Shown: piece after piece, positions 25,134-40,387 of the stretch
Position numbering within the stretch: position 1 is the stretch's first letter
Layout: every line of letters starts with the position of its first letter
NCBI GenBank assembly: GCA_951406725.2
Contig: OX597830.1
Location: forward strand, 23,932,001 to 23,996,000
DNA: 64,000 nt
Source: Octopus vulgaris
Taxonomy: Eukaryota
Direction of reading: 5' to 3'
Translations under genes and position numbers: made by a program
Notes under the pieces: generated by a model
Seen by the model: only the letters and a program-made list of their open reading frames with translations
What the model was told of the DNA's origin: nothing
Database searches by the model: none

Positions 25134-25171
<38 letters not shown>

Positions 25172-25668
25172 CATACATATGTACCTACATGCATTAAACA
25201 CACCCACACTCATACACATGTATATGTACATGCTCACATTGTAAGAGTGAGTGGAAGTGGCTGAGAGAGAGAGAGAGGGGGGTTTAATGAGAGTGATACA
25301 GGGATGTATTCGTGTTGGGTGGTTATTCGAGAGTGAGAAATTATATGTTGTGTATGTTTTCATATACAGCTATTCGGGTGTATGAAGAGATAAGACAAAA
25401 CAGTTAGCAAAGATACGTACAGACACAGAAAACAGACAGATAGAAAGATAGGGAGTGAGAGAGAATGACAGAGAGAGAGGGGAAAAGAAAGTGAGAAAGA
25501 AGAAAAGCAGGAAGAACTTACGTTTGAGTCTACATGTGTGTGCGTGTGTATGAAAAGATATTAATCCACGCAGAGAGGACCATTTTGTCAAGCTGATTGA
25601 GTTCCATTGAGACGTGTCTTCTTGTACGTCGCACTTGTCTTGCTATATATATGTGCATATATGTATGC

Positions 25669-25729
<61 letters not shown>

Positions 25730-25910
25730 TATGTGTGTATGTACGTATGTTTGTCTCTGTATGTGTGTGTATTTGTATGAATTTATTTGTGTGTTTCTGA
25801 GTGTGTGAATATAGATGCTTATTTATGAGAGATAAAAATTATTCAAGTAAATATTTCATGCTTCATCTGAATTTCGTTCACTCAATACTTGTTGACTTAT
25901 ATAACACAAC

Positions 25911-25960
<50 letters not shown>

Positions 25961-26439
25961 AAATGCATACCAAAAAGATACATATATATGTTTAAAGATT
26001 TATCTTATACATACATACATAGATATATACCAATCTCTCTCTCTCTATATATACACGCACATACATGTGTATACGTGTATATATATATATATGTATATAC
26101 TTATACACACATACATATATATGAATTATAAGTATATAAGTACGTATATATAATCGTCTGTTTATCTTTCTCCCTCTCTCTCTATAGATATATTCCCAGC
26201 TACGTCATGTAAGTGTATGTTTATGCGCCATATGTATATATATATGTATATATGTATATATATATATATATAACACAAACACTCACATACACACACACGC
26301 ACACACACACACAAACGCACATAATCACACAAACTCACACACACATACTCTTGTGTAGGTTACTCGCCACAGTGTATAACGATTCAGATTTTCATAATAG
26401 TTCGAGTATTAATTGTACTGTGGAGTACACACACACACA

Positions 26440-27163
26440 CACACACACAGACACACACACACACACACATATATGTATATACATATAGACTTCTCATCTG
26501 TATTCCGTACTTTTGACTCTCGCTGGCAGATAAAGAACATGCATACATTCATACATACGTATACATACATACATACATACATGCATACATACATACATAC
26601 ATACATACATACATACATACATTCATGCATGCATACATGCATACATACAGGCATACATACATCCATACATGCGTACGTTCTTACATACACACATATATAC
26701 ATCCATATATATAAACATATAAATGACTGCCTATTTTTATAATGATTCTGTATATTATATATTTATATTATATAATATATATATATATATATCCACATAT
26801 GCACACGTTCATGCATGTACAGACACACACACACACACATATATATGTATATACATATAGACTTCTCATCTGTATTCCGTACTTTTGACTCTCGCTGGCA
26901 GATAAAGAACGAACACACAACACACCTGAGAATAAACACACATGCATACATTCATACATACGTATACATACATACATACATGCATACATACATACATACA
27001 TACATACATACATACATTCATGCATGCATACATGCATACATACAGGCATACATACATCCATACATGCGTACGTTCTTACATACACACATATATACATCCA
27101 TATATATAAACATATAAATGACTGCCTATTGTTATAATGATTCTGTATATTATATATTTATAT

Positions 27164-27195
<32 letters not shown>

Positions 27196-27222
27196 CCACA
27201 TATGCACACGTTCATGCATGTA
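26440..27222. repeat. Tandem duplication of a ~380-400 bp microsatellite-rich unit
   Basis: gacttctcatctgtattccgtacttttgactctcgctggcagataaagaac at ~26488 and ~26860; aaatgactgcctatt...tgcacacgttcatgcatgtac also twice. Copy 1 lacks ~30 bp present in copy 2. Confidence 0.92.
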
Positions 27223-27447
27223 CGTTGCACACGCACACACACATTCGTGTAATTATGTGTATGATCCATCGTGTTTGTGTATGGGTGTGTGTGTGTGTGT
27301 GTGTGTGTGTAGTACTCGTATATGCGTGGATTTATCTTTATATGTAGTAAAATATGGAAATATATTAGATTTCCTTTAAAACTATTTATACAATATTATA
27401 ACACACACACACACATTACAAGGCGTATGTATAACGCTATGTATAAC

Positions 27448-27509
<62 letters not shown>

Positions 27510-27852
27510 ACACACAGCAACACTCATGCGAACACACATGCGTTATTCGTGCACAAATATTCACACACATGTAAGACATCTTAATGGAGTTTGAATATTT
27601 ATCAGGGAAATAAAAGATCGAACAGGTTGTATAGATGTCTGTGGTAGTAAGGGGAGACAAGGAGATGGACTTGATGTAATTTTTGAGGATAAGGTGGAAG
27701 CCTTAAAAGATTGGAATTCATTTTGAATGTGTTGCGTACGAGTGTTTGCTGGTGTGTGTGTGTGTTTTGTGTGTGCGTATGGTTGTATGCACATGTGTAT
27801 GTGTGTGCATCTTTATACACACGCATACACATACACATATATATAACAAAGT

Positions 27853-27911
<59 letters not shown>

Positions 27912-28044
27912 TACACATCCACATATATGTATGCAGATGCTAGGCAGCTAAGGTGTATGTTTTCTCTGATAGTGTGTATATACCTATAGTTAAACATTTT
28001 ATCTCTGTACATCTATGTTTGAATGCAATTGTTTGTGTGTGTGA

Positions 28045-28093
<49 letters not shown>

Positions 28094-28656
28094 TGAATGT
28101 ATTTGTGTGCATGTATGTATGCACGTATGTATATATATATATATATATATGTGTATACATGTATGTATACATATACATAGATTCGTACACACACCAAATA
28201 TGTGTGTGTATGTGTGTATGTATAGTATAGTGTGTATGTATGTATAGTAAAATAATGTATATGCACCCATATACATAGATGCAGGCCTGCATAAACACAT
28301 AATCGTCCAGATAGAAAAAGCACAGTCATACCATGAAAACTCATATTCGCACATACTCAAACTAACACATACGTTGGAATCTCTACGAGTGTATATAAAA
28401 AAAAAATGTATATATGACTGTTAAGCTCCCTTTAATTTAAGTGTTTTGCGTGTGCGCACAGACACACACACACATACATATACATATATATATACTCACA
28501 CACACACACATATATATAAATGCATGTACACATAATATATTCATGTTTCTCTACCGCTGTCTATGTGCCTATCGCAGTCTTTTCTCTCTCTTTCTTTCTC
28601 TCTCTCTCTCTGTATATATATACACATACATATATATGTACATGTACATATATATG

Positions 28657-28693
<37 letters not shown>

Positions 28694-28738
28694 GTATGTA
28701 TGTATGTACATGTATGTATGCATGTATGCATATATACG

Positions 28739-28775
28739 GGTTTATGTATCTGTAAACGTATATATATATATATAC

Positions 28776-28809
<34 letters not shown>

Positions 28810-28828
28810 GTTTACAGATACATAAACC
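28739..28828. repeat. Palindrome: perfect 20-bp arms around (TA)n
   Basis: ggtttatgtatctgtaaacg (28739-28758) and cgtttacagatacataaacc (28809-28828). Confidence 0.95.
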
Positions 28829-28873
28829 ATACGCAACACATATATATATGTGTGTGTGTGTCTGTATGAATGA

Positions 28874-28929
<56 letters not shown>

Positions 28930-29352
28930 ATGTTTGAAGGTATGAATGTATGTATGTGCTTGTATTTTTGCTATCGTGTGTGTATATGTCGACCAATCAA
29001 TCACTGTGTTCCTTCGTCTCTTGCGTTTTCTCCAAATATGCATTTGTATATAGATAGTTAAATAGATAGTGAGAGGTGAGAAAAATTCTATAAATATGCT
29101 GAAATCTGTGTTCACAAAAACACATTAGTACGCATGTGCAAACACACACGCACACGTACACATTCCCATGATCATTCGCGTGCTCTTTCATGCACACATA
29201 TTGCTAGAGACATATATACGTACATACATAGTTACATACACACATGCATATATATGCATATATGTAGACCCATGGATTTATGTATATGTATGTAGTTGTA
29301 TTTAGAGACAGACACATATGTATGTATATAGATATATATAGACACAACTTAC

Positions 29353-29467
<115 letters not shown>

Positions 29468-29493
29468 CGTATGTGTATGTGTATGCATGTATA

Positions 29494-29554
<61 letters not shown>

Positions 29555-29739
29555 AATATATATACATATAGATAGATAGATAGATAGCTATATGGATTGA
29601 TTGATTGATAGAAAGATCAATAGATAGAAACATACATGCGTACGTGTGCTTGTGTGTGTCTGTGTATACGTGTGTTTGGGCGTGTGTACGTGTGTGTATG
29701 TGTACACTTGTATGTGTGTGTGTGTGCGTGTGCGCGTGT

Positions 29740-29792
<53 letters not shown>

Positions 29793-30235
29793 TTTGTGCA
29801 CACGTACTTCGACGTTTATAAGTACACTTTACTGAATATTCTATCTGCAGTTAATTTTGAAGTAATATACTACAATTTTAATATGCTACCTCCATCTCCT
29901 TTTTTTTTTCCCCTCCTATTTATTCAAATATTGATTTTCCTCTGTTGTATTTCTGTAATATTTTTTTTGTGTGTGTATGTTTTGTAGAGTATTTCCTTCT
30001 TCTTATCCTCTCATCTTTCCGTTTTTTGAGGGGTGGTGTTTGGGGATGGTGGTGGCTGTCTTTCTTTCTTTTTTTTTTCTATTTCACTGCCGTTTGCAAC
30101 CCGTCATCATCATCATCGTCGTCGGCGGCATCCTCATCATCATCATCGTCATCATCATCGTCGTCATCGTTATCATCATCATCATCGTCATCGTCGTAAT
30201 CGTCATCATCATCATCATCATCATCGTCGTAATCG

Positions 30236-30286
<51 letters not shown>

Positions 30287-30373
30287 CGTCTGTTATATTG
30301 TCCTTTTCATCATTACATTTATCTTCATCGTTCTCCTGCTTCACTTCATCCTCCTACTCCTCCTACACCTCCA

Positions 30374-30414
<41 letters not shown>

Positions 30415-31561
30415 CCATCAAGAACATCACCCTCATCTCTTCTTCATCTCCTTCTTAACCGTTAATATCTCTAGCCCCTCTTCTTTTTGGTATATCGGTA
30501 CCATCCGCAATTTATCAACCAGCATCTTCAACACTATCGCCCCCTCCCCTAATCACCATCGCTACCATCACCACCATCACCACTATCACCACTGCCATCG
30601 CCGCCGCTGCCTCCACTTTCCCCACCATTACTACAAATACGAAAAGCAATCATACTTGTTAAAATTTACGCCCACGTCAACACAGTTCATTGTCTTGCAG
30701 TGAGGCCACCGCCGCCAAACCATCATCATCCCCACAACCACTGCCACCAATACCAAAACCACTACCGATACCTCGCCACGACCATCAATGTAATCATCAC
30801 CATCACCATCATCACCACCATCAGTGTCTATATCAGCACATTTATCACCAACACTACCACGAGGGTCACGAATACCATCACCACCACCACCACCAACCAC
30901 CACCACCACCGTTACTGTCGCTACCATCAACATATCCACCACCTTCATCTCAACAAGCTCCACTACCACCAACATCACTACCATCATCACACCACCACCA
31001 CCATTACCACCACTGCCACCACCACCACCAACAACAACATCACCACCACTACCGCCACCATCACTACCATTATCATCTCACCCATCACTACACCACCACC
31101 ACCACCACCACTACCACAACTATCATCACCATTAAAACCACCACCACAATCATCACCATTAAAACCGCAACCACTACTACCATCACCACCACCACCACCA
31201 CCACCACCACTACCATTAGTATCTCCACCGATACTACCGCCACCACATCTCACACTGCTGACACTAACATTTCTAAACAGACTCGAACTTCTGAAGGAAC
31301 GTACGGCTCTTAATGTTGTTGTTCTTCTTATACTAGTCCTGTTTCCGCCATGTTGTTCTTGTAAGTCTGTTAGTTTTATGCTATTTTTGTTGTTATTGTT
31401 GTCAGGTTGTTATTGGCTTTGGCGTTAGTATTTTTTTCCTTTTGTTTTGTTGTTGTTTTACTTAATTTGGGATATTGTTGTTGTTGCTATTACAACTTTT
31501 GTTTTTGATACGTTGCTGTTCTCGTTTTCTTAATACTATAATGATACTGTTGATGCTGCTG

Positions 31562-31614
<53 letters not shown>

Positions 31615-31666
31615 GCTGCTGTTGCAGTGTGACAGCTGTGGCTGATGCTACTTTCCTTTGCTGTTG

Positions 31667-31725
31667 GTCACGTGACTGTAAACAGGAAGTGAACAGCGCT
31701 TGCATATATCATGGCGTCCGGGCGG
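31667..31725 (+). promoter_or_regulatory. Candidate cis-regulatory cluster (CLEAR/E-box, forkhead, ETS, YY1-like, GC box)
   Basis: GTCACGTGAC-TGTAAACA-GGAAGTG contiguous, then ATGGCGTCC and GGGCGG, in unique sequence. Confidence 0.4.
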
Positions 31726-32477
31726 AAATTGAATGTAGCAGACGATGTAAATGTGTTAGCAATATGGCTCCTGTTTCCGTTATTGTGACGGAATGATGAA
31801 GATGAATATTGTCATGAAACCGAGGCAACAAAACCTATGGTAATATGATGTGCTGATAAAGAGGAAAAAGAAAGAAAGAAAACACCCACCAACATCTCTG
31901 CCGTCATCACTTACATCGTCGCCATCGCCGCCACAGACGCCCCCTCATTCTAACAACAATAACAACAACAGCAACATATACAAGAGCAACGACGACGACA
32001 ATAACAAATGATTAAAAATAGCAGAATCATCTGCATACAATGTCTTTAACAACAGCAACACATCACAGATATCCATCGAAAACGCCTCGAGCCTGAAGGA
32101 GGCACAGATAGCTCTCTTCACAATCTTGAAATTCTTGCACCAATGTTGTTGAAGTTACAGAATCTGGAAAATTGGTACTTCACAAATTCACTGTCTGCAC
32201 CCAACATTTTTTTCTTTTTCTTTTTTACCAGGAACACAGAAAATATTGAATACAACCCGACATTACACTTAACAGTATAAACATTCCTCGTGCACAGGAA
32301 TTTCGTCGGTTTCGACGACAAGCGTTTCAGTTGATCCGATCAACGATAATGCCATTTAATAAACTGTGCTGGGATTAACCCATTAACTGTCAAACATTTT
32401 AATTCATATTTTTTGGCTTTATCATGTGTCTTAGGAGTTAGAAATAATTTATAGAATTAAAATTTTCTTCATATGTG

Positions 32478-32820
32478 AATTATTTTTGAAATTATGATAA
32501 ATTTTTCGAAAAGTCCCAAATGGGGATCGCTGAAATAAAAAGCATATTTACACACACATACAAATATATATATATATATATATACATATAGGGTGGAGCG
32601 TAAGGATGTCCCACATTGTGAATGAATATACAAAGAGAATACAACCACCCAAGAAAAAATTATTTTTGAAATTATGATAAATTTTTCGAAAAGTCCCAAA
32701 TGGGGATCGCTGAAATAAAAAGCATATTTATCCTTTTCTATTCAATTGCAATAATGAACATTTTAGTTATTTTGAAACTATAGTATCAAATGCGAATGTG
32801 TAGGAAACATACACACACAT

Positions 32821-32857
<37 letters not shown>

Positions 32858-32931
32858 GGGTGGAGCGTAAGGATGTCCCACATTGTGAATGAATATACAA
32901 AGAGAATACAACCACCCAAGAAAAAATTATT
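32478..32931. repeat. Complex local duplication, A-B-A-C-B
   Basis: A (aattatttttgaaatt...agcatattta) at ~32478 and ~32658; B (cacacacatac...caagaaaaaattat) at ~32551 and ~32812. Confidence 0.9.
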
Positions 32932-33355
32932 ATGTCTGAAAAGTTAATAAAAATACATATTATTTTACTGGGTTTTAAAAACTATATCAGGCAAATGACG
33001 CTCCTTGTTAGCAATACATTGATGCAGTCGCTCCCGGAAGTTCTCCATGACTCTCCGTGTCATCTCAGATGGTATTGCATTGATTTCCTCAAGAACGCTT
33101 TCTTTCAAATCCTCAAGAGTTCCAAGACGATGGAAAGTTTGAATAAAATATTTAAAAAATTTAATCGAAAGAGAGCTTAAATCTGCTGACCTTGCCGGCC
33201 ACCCCAAATCTCTCTCAGAGTTTGTTAGTCATTAATGATGAATACAAAAATGGTAGATATGAGCCTTCCAAATGAAATTTGTCCTGTCTCTTTACGTTAG
33301 CGTATTTCCACACAGTGCCTTCTCCAAACGTGGGAGATTTTTATGCTCCACACTG

Positions 33356-33356
<1 letters not shown>
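32856..33356 (-). mobile_element. Internally deleted Tc1/mariner-superfamily element with both TIRs
   Basis: TIRs tagggtggagcgtaaggatgtcccac / gtgggagatttttatgctccacactg with TA flanks. Minus strand encodes WPARSADL..TLEDLKESVLEEINAIPSEMTRRVMENFRERLHQCI. Confidence 0.88.
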
Positions 33357-33445
<89 letters not shown>

Positions 33446-33489
33446 CATATACATGTACATATACATATACATATACGTATATTAATTCT

Positions 33490-34429
<940 letters not shown>

Positions 34430-34431
<2 letters not shown>

Positions 34432-34680
34432 GAGGTTATAAGAGGTAAAGGTGTCAGGAAATGCTGAGTAAGATAGACTATAGTTAAGCTTCAGGTTTGG
34501 TGATTATACGAATACTGAGTCCGGCGTAGGTCATATATCAGCGTGTGTATATATAAAAATTTTTTTTTCAGAATGAGATAAAAAACCAAAGCTTTGAAGA
34601 TTTTAGAACATTTATAAATAGAAGGTCTTACAGCTGTTTCCCTGATATTTACTATATCCCTTCATCGGAGACGGTGTGAC
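34430..34680 (-). mobile_element. Hammerhead-bearing non-coding element, same family as 39905-40102
   Basis: Shares cacaccgtctccgatgaagggatat...gaaacagctgtaagacct...ataaatgttctaaaatcttca...gctgatatatgacc with the 39.9 kb copy, in opposite orientation. Confidence 0.85.
34625..34672 (-). ncRNA. Minimal type-I hammerhead-like motif, CCGAUGA core
   Basis: gtct CCGATGA [stem II gatat/atatc] GAAAC AGCT GTA agac. Palindromic ACAGCTGT, GUA triplet. Confidence 0.6.
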
Positions 34681-34996
34681 ATATATATACACACACACAT
34701 GCAATTACACATCTTCTGTGTGTTCATATTCTTATTGCATATTTAATTGAAATCCTGGAATTGTTTTCTTGACTCAATGCGTTGAATATATCTGCAAATA
34801 CCATATTATATACACACTCACACAGACAGACACAACACACATACACACACACAAACACACACACATGCACAGAGACACACACATACACACACATACACAC
34901 ATACGCACATATATGTATATATATTATATACATACATGCATTTATACACACACACACATATACGTATGTATATGTATATATATATATATATATATA

Positions 34997-35138
34997 TAAG
35001 TAATACTAAGCAATTAAGGGTTTAGCAACGAATTGCCTTACCGCACACCGAATTTAGAAATAGCAGTCAAAGAGATTATAGCTATGGTGTGCGGTAAGGC
35101 AATTCGTTGCTAAACCCTTAATTGCTTAGTATTACTTA
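34997..35138. repeat. Perfect ~53-bp inverted repeat at the end of a (TA)n-embedded element
   Basis: taagtaatactaagcaattaagggtttagcaacgaattgccttaccgcacacc and its reverse complement, ~36-bp spacer. Confidence 0.93.
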
Positions 35139-35233
35139 AATTTTCCTCGAATGAGGCTTTTACATGCCGAAGACTACTTGGTGTAATTGATAATTATTCC
35201 AAATTAATTAATTTCACCCTTCATTGTTACTGA

Positions 35234-35270
<37 letters not shown>

Positions 35271-36098
35271 TAATTAGTCCCGGAAGAACTTATAAACCTC
35301 TAAGTCATCAGAAAATATTGGGTTGAAGACCCCATATTTTCAGTAAGCATGAGAAGCTCTGTCGTTATACCAAAGTATTCTTTAAAATTTCTCCGAGTGT
35401 AGAAAGTTATTCTTATCAGCGCGCATTGTATATTGTAGGCATCATAAGAATTTTATACATTTTCGAAAGAACCTGCTGCCTTCGAATTTTTCCTAACCAA
35501 GAAGAATTTTCAACACAATATTTATATGATAGTATTTGTAGCTTTACACTAAACTAAATAATTCTCCGTCCGCTCTCTCGAAAGTTTGTAAATGCTAATT
35601 GATGTCAACAATGTACACACACACACACACACACACGCACACACACATATATATATATATACGTGAATGTATGTTTGTGTGTGTGTCTGTGTGTGTGTGC
35701 GCGCGTGAATAATGTTACAGTGGTATGATCCAAAATGATCGTGGTGTAGGATTTTGCTTAATCTCAAGCATAGAAACAGCTTGTATAGACAGCACAAAAT
35801 AGATGAGGCACGATCAATAAAGTTTATTAATCAAAGCGTGCAACACACTTCGTCTCGTATCGAATTATTTAGAAATTCTGAGTAGTTTCCGAATAGATGA
35901 CCTCCACGATAACAATCCGGAGTATAGCACGAAATGTTACTTATGAATTCTTTTCGACAATGAACTTGTAACCAACAGGTATAAATGCACCCGATTCGAA
36001 GGAGCATTAAACATATAGTATACCTTAAAGATACGTAACTTCCGTTGGTTCCTTTGAAACATATGGAATACGTTATTACCTTCATCCTTCACCCACTG

Positions 36099-36186
<88 letters not shown>

Positions 36187-36265
36187 TTGCATGTGTGTGT
36201 GTGTGTGTGTGTGTGTGAATATATCTCACAACCATACAAAGATACATTCATTCATATACCCATAA

Positions 36266-36482
36266 ATACATGGCGTGCAGAAAATGTTCTTGGTTTTGGA
36301 TAAAAGAAAGTGTAGGGGGATCAGTTAATTACGATTTTATTCAACATATTCTCCTCTCAGATTCACTTATTGCACCGGTCCTTCAGTTTTTCTATGCCCT
36401 GTAAATGAACTCGGATGATTGGGTCTCCAACCAGGACTTGGGATACCCTTATAGCCAGCAACCCTTTCAGCACCCCCTCATA
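36266..36482. mobile_element. Decayed mariner-type MITE
   Basis: Right end revcomp atgagggggtgctgaaagg resembles mariner TIRs. The body is shared with 51881-52021. Confidence 0.65.
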
Positions 36483-36554
36483 TAATACATGTGCATATAC
36501 GCATAAGGGTGTGTACTTGTATGCATGTGTGTCAATAGATATGTCTACGTCGCT

Positions 36555-36710
36555 TTCCACGATAAATATTAATTTGTTCGATCAACTGAATTTCTTGCTC
36601 ACTAACTTAACAAATTATAACTGGCTGAGTATTCCACAGGCACGTATACACTTCATCCTTAAGAAGAATGTTTTATGGAAATGCATGATACGGTTGTACC
36701 TTTAAATTAC
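36555..36710 (-). mobile_element. Degenerate tail of SINE family B1
   Basis: gatcaactgaa...tggctgagtattccacaggcacgtatac...cctttaaattac aligns by eye to 43485-43620. Confidence 0.5.
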
Positions 36711-37089
36711 TCATACAATCAGTCGGGTTGGCTTCTCCTGAGACTTTCCATCTATCTATTTTCACTCACAAGCTGAGGTTATAGTAAATCAAATTTGTAT
36801 GAGATGGTATGCAATTGGATCGATCTGAGAGTTTTGTGGAGGACAAATTAGCTTTTCAGCTACTTATAAACACGCGCGCGCACACACACACACACACAGA
36901 TGTACACATACACACAAACACACGTTTCAACTTGCAATTATGTAATCCTGGTTGTTATTTGCCGAAAAAATAGCTTCATAAAGTATAAAATAATTTGCCT
37001 TATCTATGTTTTATAAATAGCTTGTGTGTGTCCCCCCTTGTGTGTACACATTGTTAAATGCACACATACATTTATACATATGCATATTT

Positions 37090-37155
<66 letters not shown>

Positions 37156-37869
37156 ATATATATTTATATATATATATATATTCATTGATATATAAACGCA
37201 CGTTTATACATATATATCCATATATTTATATATACACACATATATAAATATATATATATATAGACATGCATACATACATACATACATACATGCATACATG
37301 CATACATACATACATACATGCATACATACATACATACATACATACATACATACATGCATACATACATACATACATACATACATACATACATACATACATA
37401 CATACATACATACATGCAATGTCTACAGACATAGGTTGGTTGACCTTTGTGTTTACAATCGTGGAAAATAGTCAAAACGGAAACTAGACTGTACGTTTTT
37501 TAGAGCCTGAAGCTTCTTGAGTTGTAACCCAAGAAGGAGGGATACAAAGAAGAAAAAAAACAATCACAATAACATCGAAATATGATTAGTCAACTGTACA
37601 ACGTAATTTTATTGCTTAGAGCAAAAAAGAAAGAAAAAATAAAATACGTTAGAAAATATCTCACATGTTCATCCATTTAGCTCCATATGCTCTATACGTA
37701 ATATTTTCACATATACACGTGTGAAATTATGCGATGTTTTTTTTTTTTTTTATATTTCTGTCTTTAGTACTATTTGTACGAAGAGTTATTGCTCAGGAAC
37801 TACAGTTCTTGTTAAAGTTTTTTCTGTCGGTGAACAAATGAATATTCTGTTTCTTTCTTTTAATTCATG

Positions 37870-38230
37870 ACTATCGTTCATTCAGAAATGGTAGCGCGAG
37901 AAGGAAAGAGCATCATTAAAGCACGTAGTTTTGGTGCGATCTGACAAGTAGACAGCAATCCAGAAGACAGGAGGTGGATAAGATCTATAGACAAGCGGTT
38001 TTCCAGGGAATTTGTGCACCAGACACAATCTAATGCCTTACAGATGTCGAATACAACAATATTGTCTCCTTTAATCTTCTCGAGAATGAAGAATCACTTC
38101 TGGCTGATGCGTTAGTGTACTCTCTAGTTCATTTGGCTGCATTGATTGTTATTAAGGAAGAGATTAAAGGTGCTGGAGTATATTGTTACCAACTTTTGAT
38201 ATATTCAAAATCAGTGCGGTTGGATGCCAT
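37870..38230 (-). mobile_element. Highly decayed LINE RT fragment
   Basis: Minus strand reads GDNIVVFDICKALDCVW (cf. LDISKAFDRVW). Remainder degenerate. Confidence 0.5.
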
Positions 38231-38234
38231 AATA

Positions 38235-38647
38235 TACTCTTTACTCTTTACTCTTTTACTTGTTTCAGTCATTTGACTGCGGCCATGCTGGAGCACCGCC
38301 TTTTTTAATCGAGCAACTCGACCCCGGGACTTATTCTTTTGTAAGCCCAGTAATTATTCTATCGGTCTCTTTTGCCGAACCGCTAGTTAACGGGGACATA
38401 AACACACCAGCATCGGTTGTCAAGCAATGCTAGGGGGACAAACACAGACACACAAACACACCCACGCATATATATATATACATATATACGACGGGCTTCT
38501 TTCAGTTTCCGTCTACCAAATCCACTCACAAGGCTTTGGTCGGCCCAAGGATATAGCAGAAGACACTTGCCCAAGGTGCCACGCAGTGGGACAGACCCCG
38601 GAACCATGTGGTTGGTAAACAAGCTACTTACCACACAGCCACTCCTA
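38235..38647 (-). mobile_element. Near full-length SINE family A
   Basis: High identity to other copies; tail (aaagagt)n. Confidence 0.95.
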
Positions 38648-39016
38648 CATTAAATTTTCAAACAAATACGATGAGTTAAATTTAGAACGAGATTTTATTG
38701 GTTACATAAGAAAATAACTTACGAATTCGTCCATTCAACGCCATACGCAACACGAAGGATTTTTGATAATCTTCACAAATATATATATTGCATTTTCCCA
38801 TTTGTAAATATCTCTAGAGCTTACATATAACCATTCAGGACCATTGTATAAAGGTCTTTTGCGTATATATTAAACGGCTGTCGTGAATGGGATATATTGT
38901 ACACCCTGTAGCTTATTTCCAAATCTCAAAAATATGGCGTGTATGCGCATATGTATATATGTAGGTATGATTTCCTGCATGTATGTGTGTGTGTATGTAT
39001 GTATGTGTGTGTACAT

Positions 39017-39055
<39 letters not shown>

Positions 39056-39477
39056 AAAGAAGAAACAGAGGAAAAAGAAAATGGCGACTGGGAAGTTAAT
39101 AAATTGTTTAATATTAACAGCAAATTACTCATCTTCAATTACAGCTGTTTCAATTAATACTTAGGAAATATTAAGTAAATATCAAATTTATATTTATATG
39201 ACCGGAGAATAATATATTCAGAGAGGAATACACGTACATCTCTCCACACACACATGTTTATTAACATAACGTCACTTTCTTTTGGTCCTTCTCCTTGGAA
39301 CCGAGTATTTCTAGATTCTGTACAAATTTGTTGATACATAACCTAATGCAACTATGAGGATAGACACAAAGGAGAATGCATAATCAGGATACAAGAGCTG
39401 CATGTATGTATGTATATATGCATGTATGTATATATGTATGTATGAATATATATACATATATGTATGCACGTATGGGT

Positions 39478-39720
39478 GGGGACGCATGGCTTAGTGGTTA
39501 CGGTGCTGCACACTTGATCGTAAGGTTGTGGCTACGATTCTAGGATCGAGTGATGTGTTGTGTTCTTGATAAAAACACTTTATTTCACGTTGCCCCAGTC
39601 TCTTCATCTTGCAAAATGGAGTGATCTGGTGACAGATGGCGTCCTATCAAGGGGTGGAATATGTACGCAACAGAAACGAGGAAACAGGTCTTGTGATCCT
39701 TTGGCTCGGGAAGGGATTTT
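39478..39720 (+). mobile_element. Old tRNA-headed SINE family D (Meta-domain-like body)
   Basis: A box tggcttagtggtta, then tgtgttcttg..aacactttatttcacgttgccccagtc...aaaatggagt and tail cagaaac...cctttggctcg. Confidence 0.6.
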
Positions 39721-39904
39721 GATTTCTAATTGTAAGTGTGTGTATATATGTATATATGTGTGTGTTCTTTATATATATATATATATATATATTATATTAA
39801 ATTAGAGACAAAACCACTATTATGCAAATCAAACAAAGAAAGACTTAAGCCAATACATAAATTAATCTCTCTATATATAAATATATATTAACTATTGCTT
39901 GACC

Positions 39905-40102
39905 ATTTTCTCACACCGTCTCCGATGAAGGGATATAATAGATATCCTGGAAACAGCTGTAAGACCTCCTACTTATAAATGTTCTAAAATCTTCACAGAC
40001 TTGGTTTTTTTATCTGTTTATATATGCACATGCTGATATATGACCAACGTAGGACTCTTTATTTGCATAATCACAGAACCTAGAGCTTACCTCTCATAAC
40101 CT
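39905..40102 (+). mobile_element. Hammerhead-bearing non-coding element (second copy)
   Basis: Homologous to 34430-34680 and flanked by microsatellites. Confidence 0.85.
39918..39965 (+). ncRNA. Minimal type-I hammerhead-like motif, CCGAUGA core
   Basis: gtct CCGATGA a gggatat aatag atatcct g GAAAC AGCT GTA agac. Confidence 0.65.
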
Positions 40103-40103
40103 A

Positions 40104-40263
<160 letters not shown>

Positions 40264-40341
40264 GATATATAGATACATACATACATACATACATACATAC
40301 ATTCATACATACATTCATACATTCATACATACATACATACA

Positions 40342-40387
<46 letters not shown>

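Noticed and set aside
29945-31428. His/Pro/Thr-rich ORFs up to 242 aa resembling extensin or mucin
   Set aside because: Degenerate (CAC)/(CAT) repeats open in several frames on both strands; no splice or domain evidence.
35145-35185. Hammerhead-like ggc/gcc stem flanked by GAATGA and GAAG
   Set aside because: Too many core deviations and no stem I.
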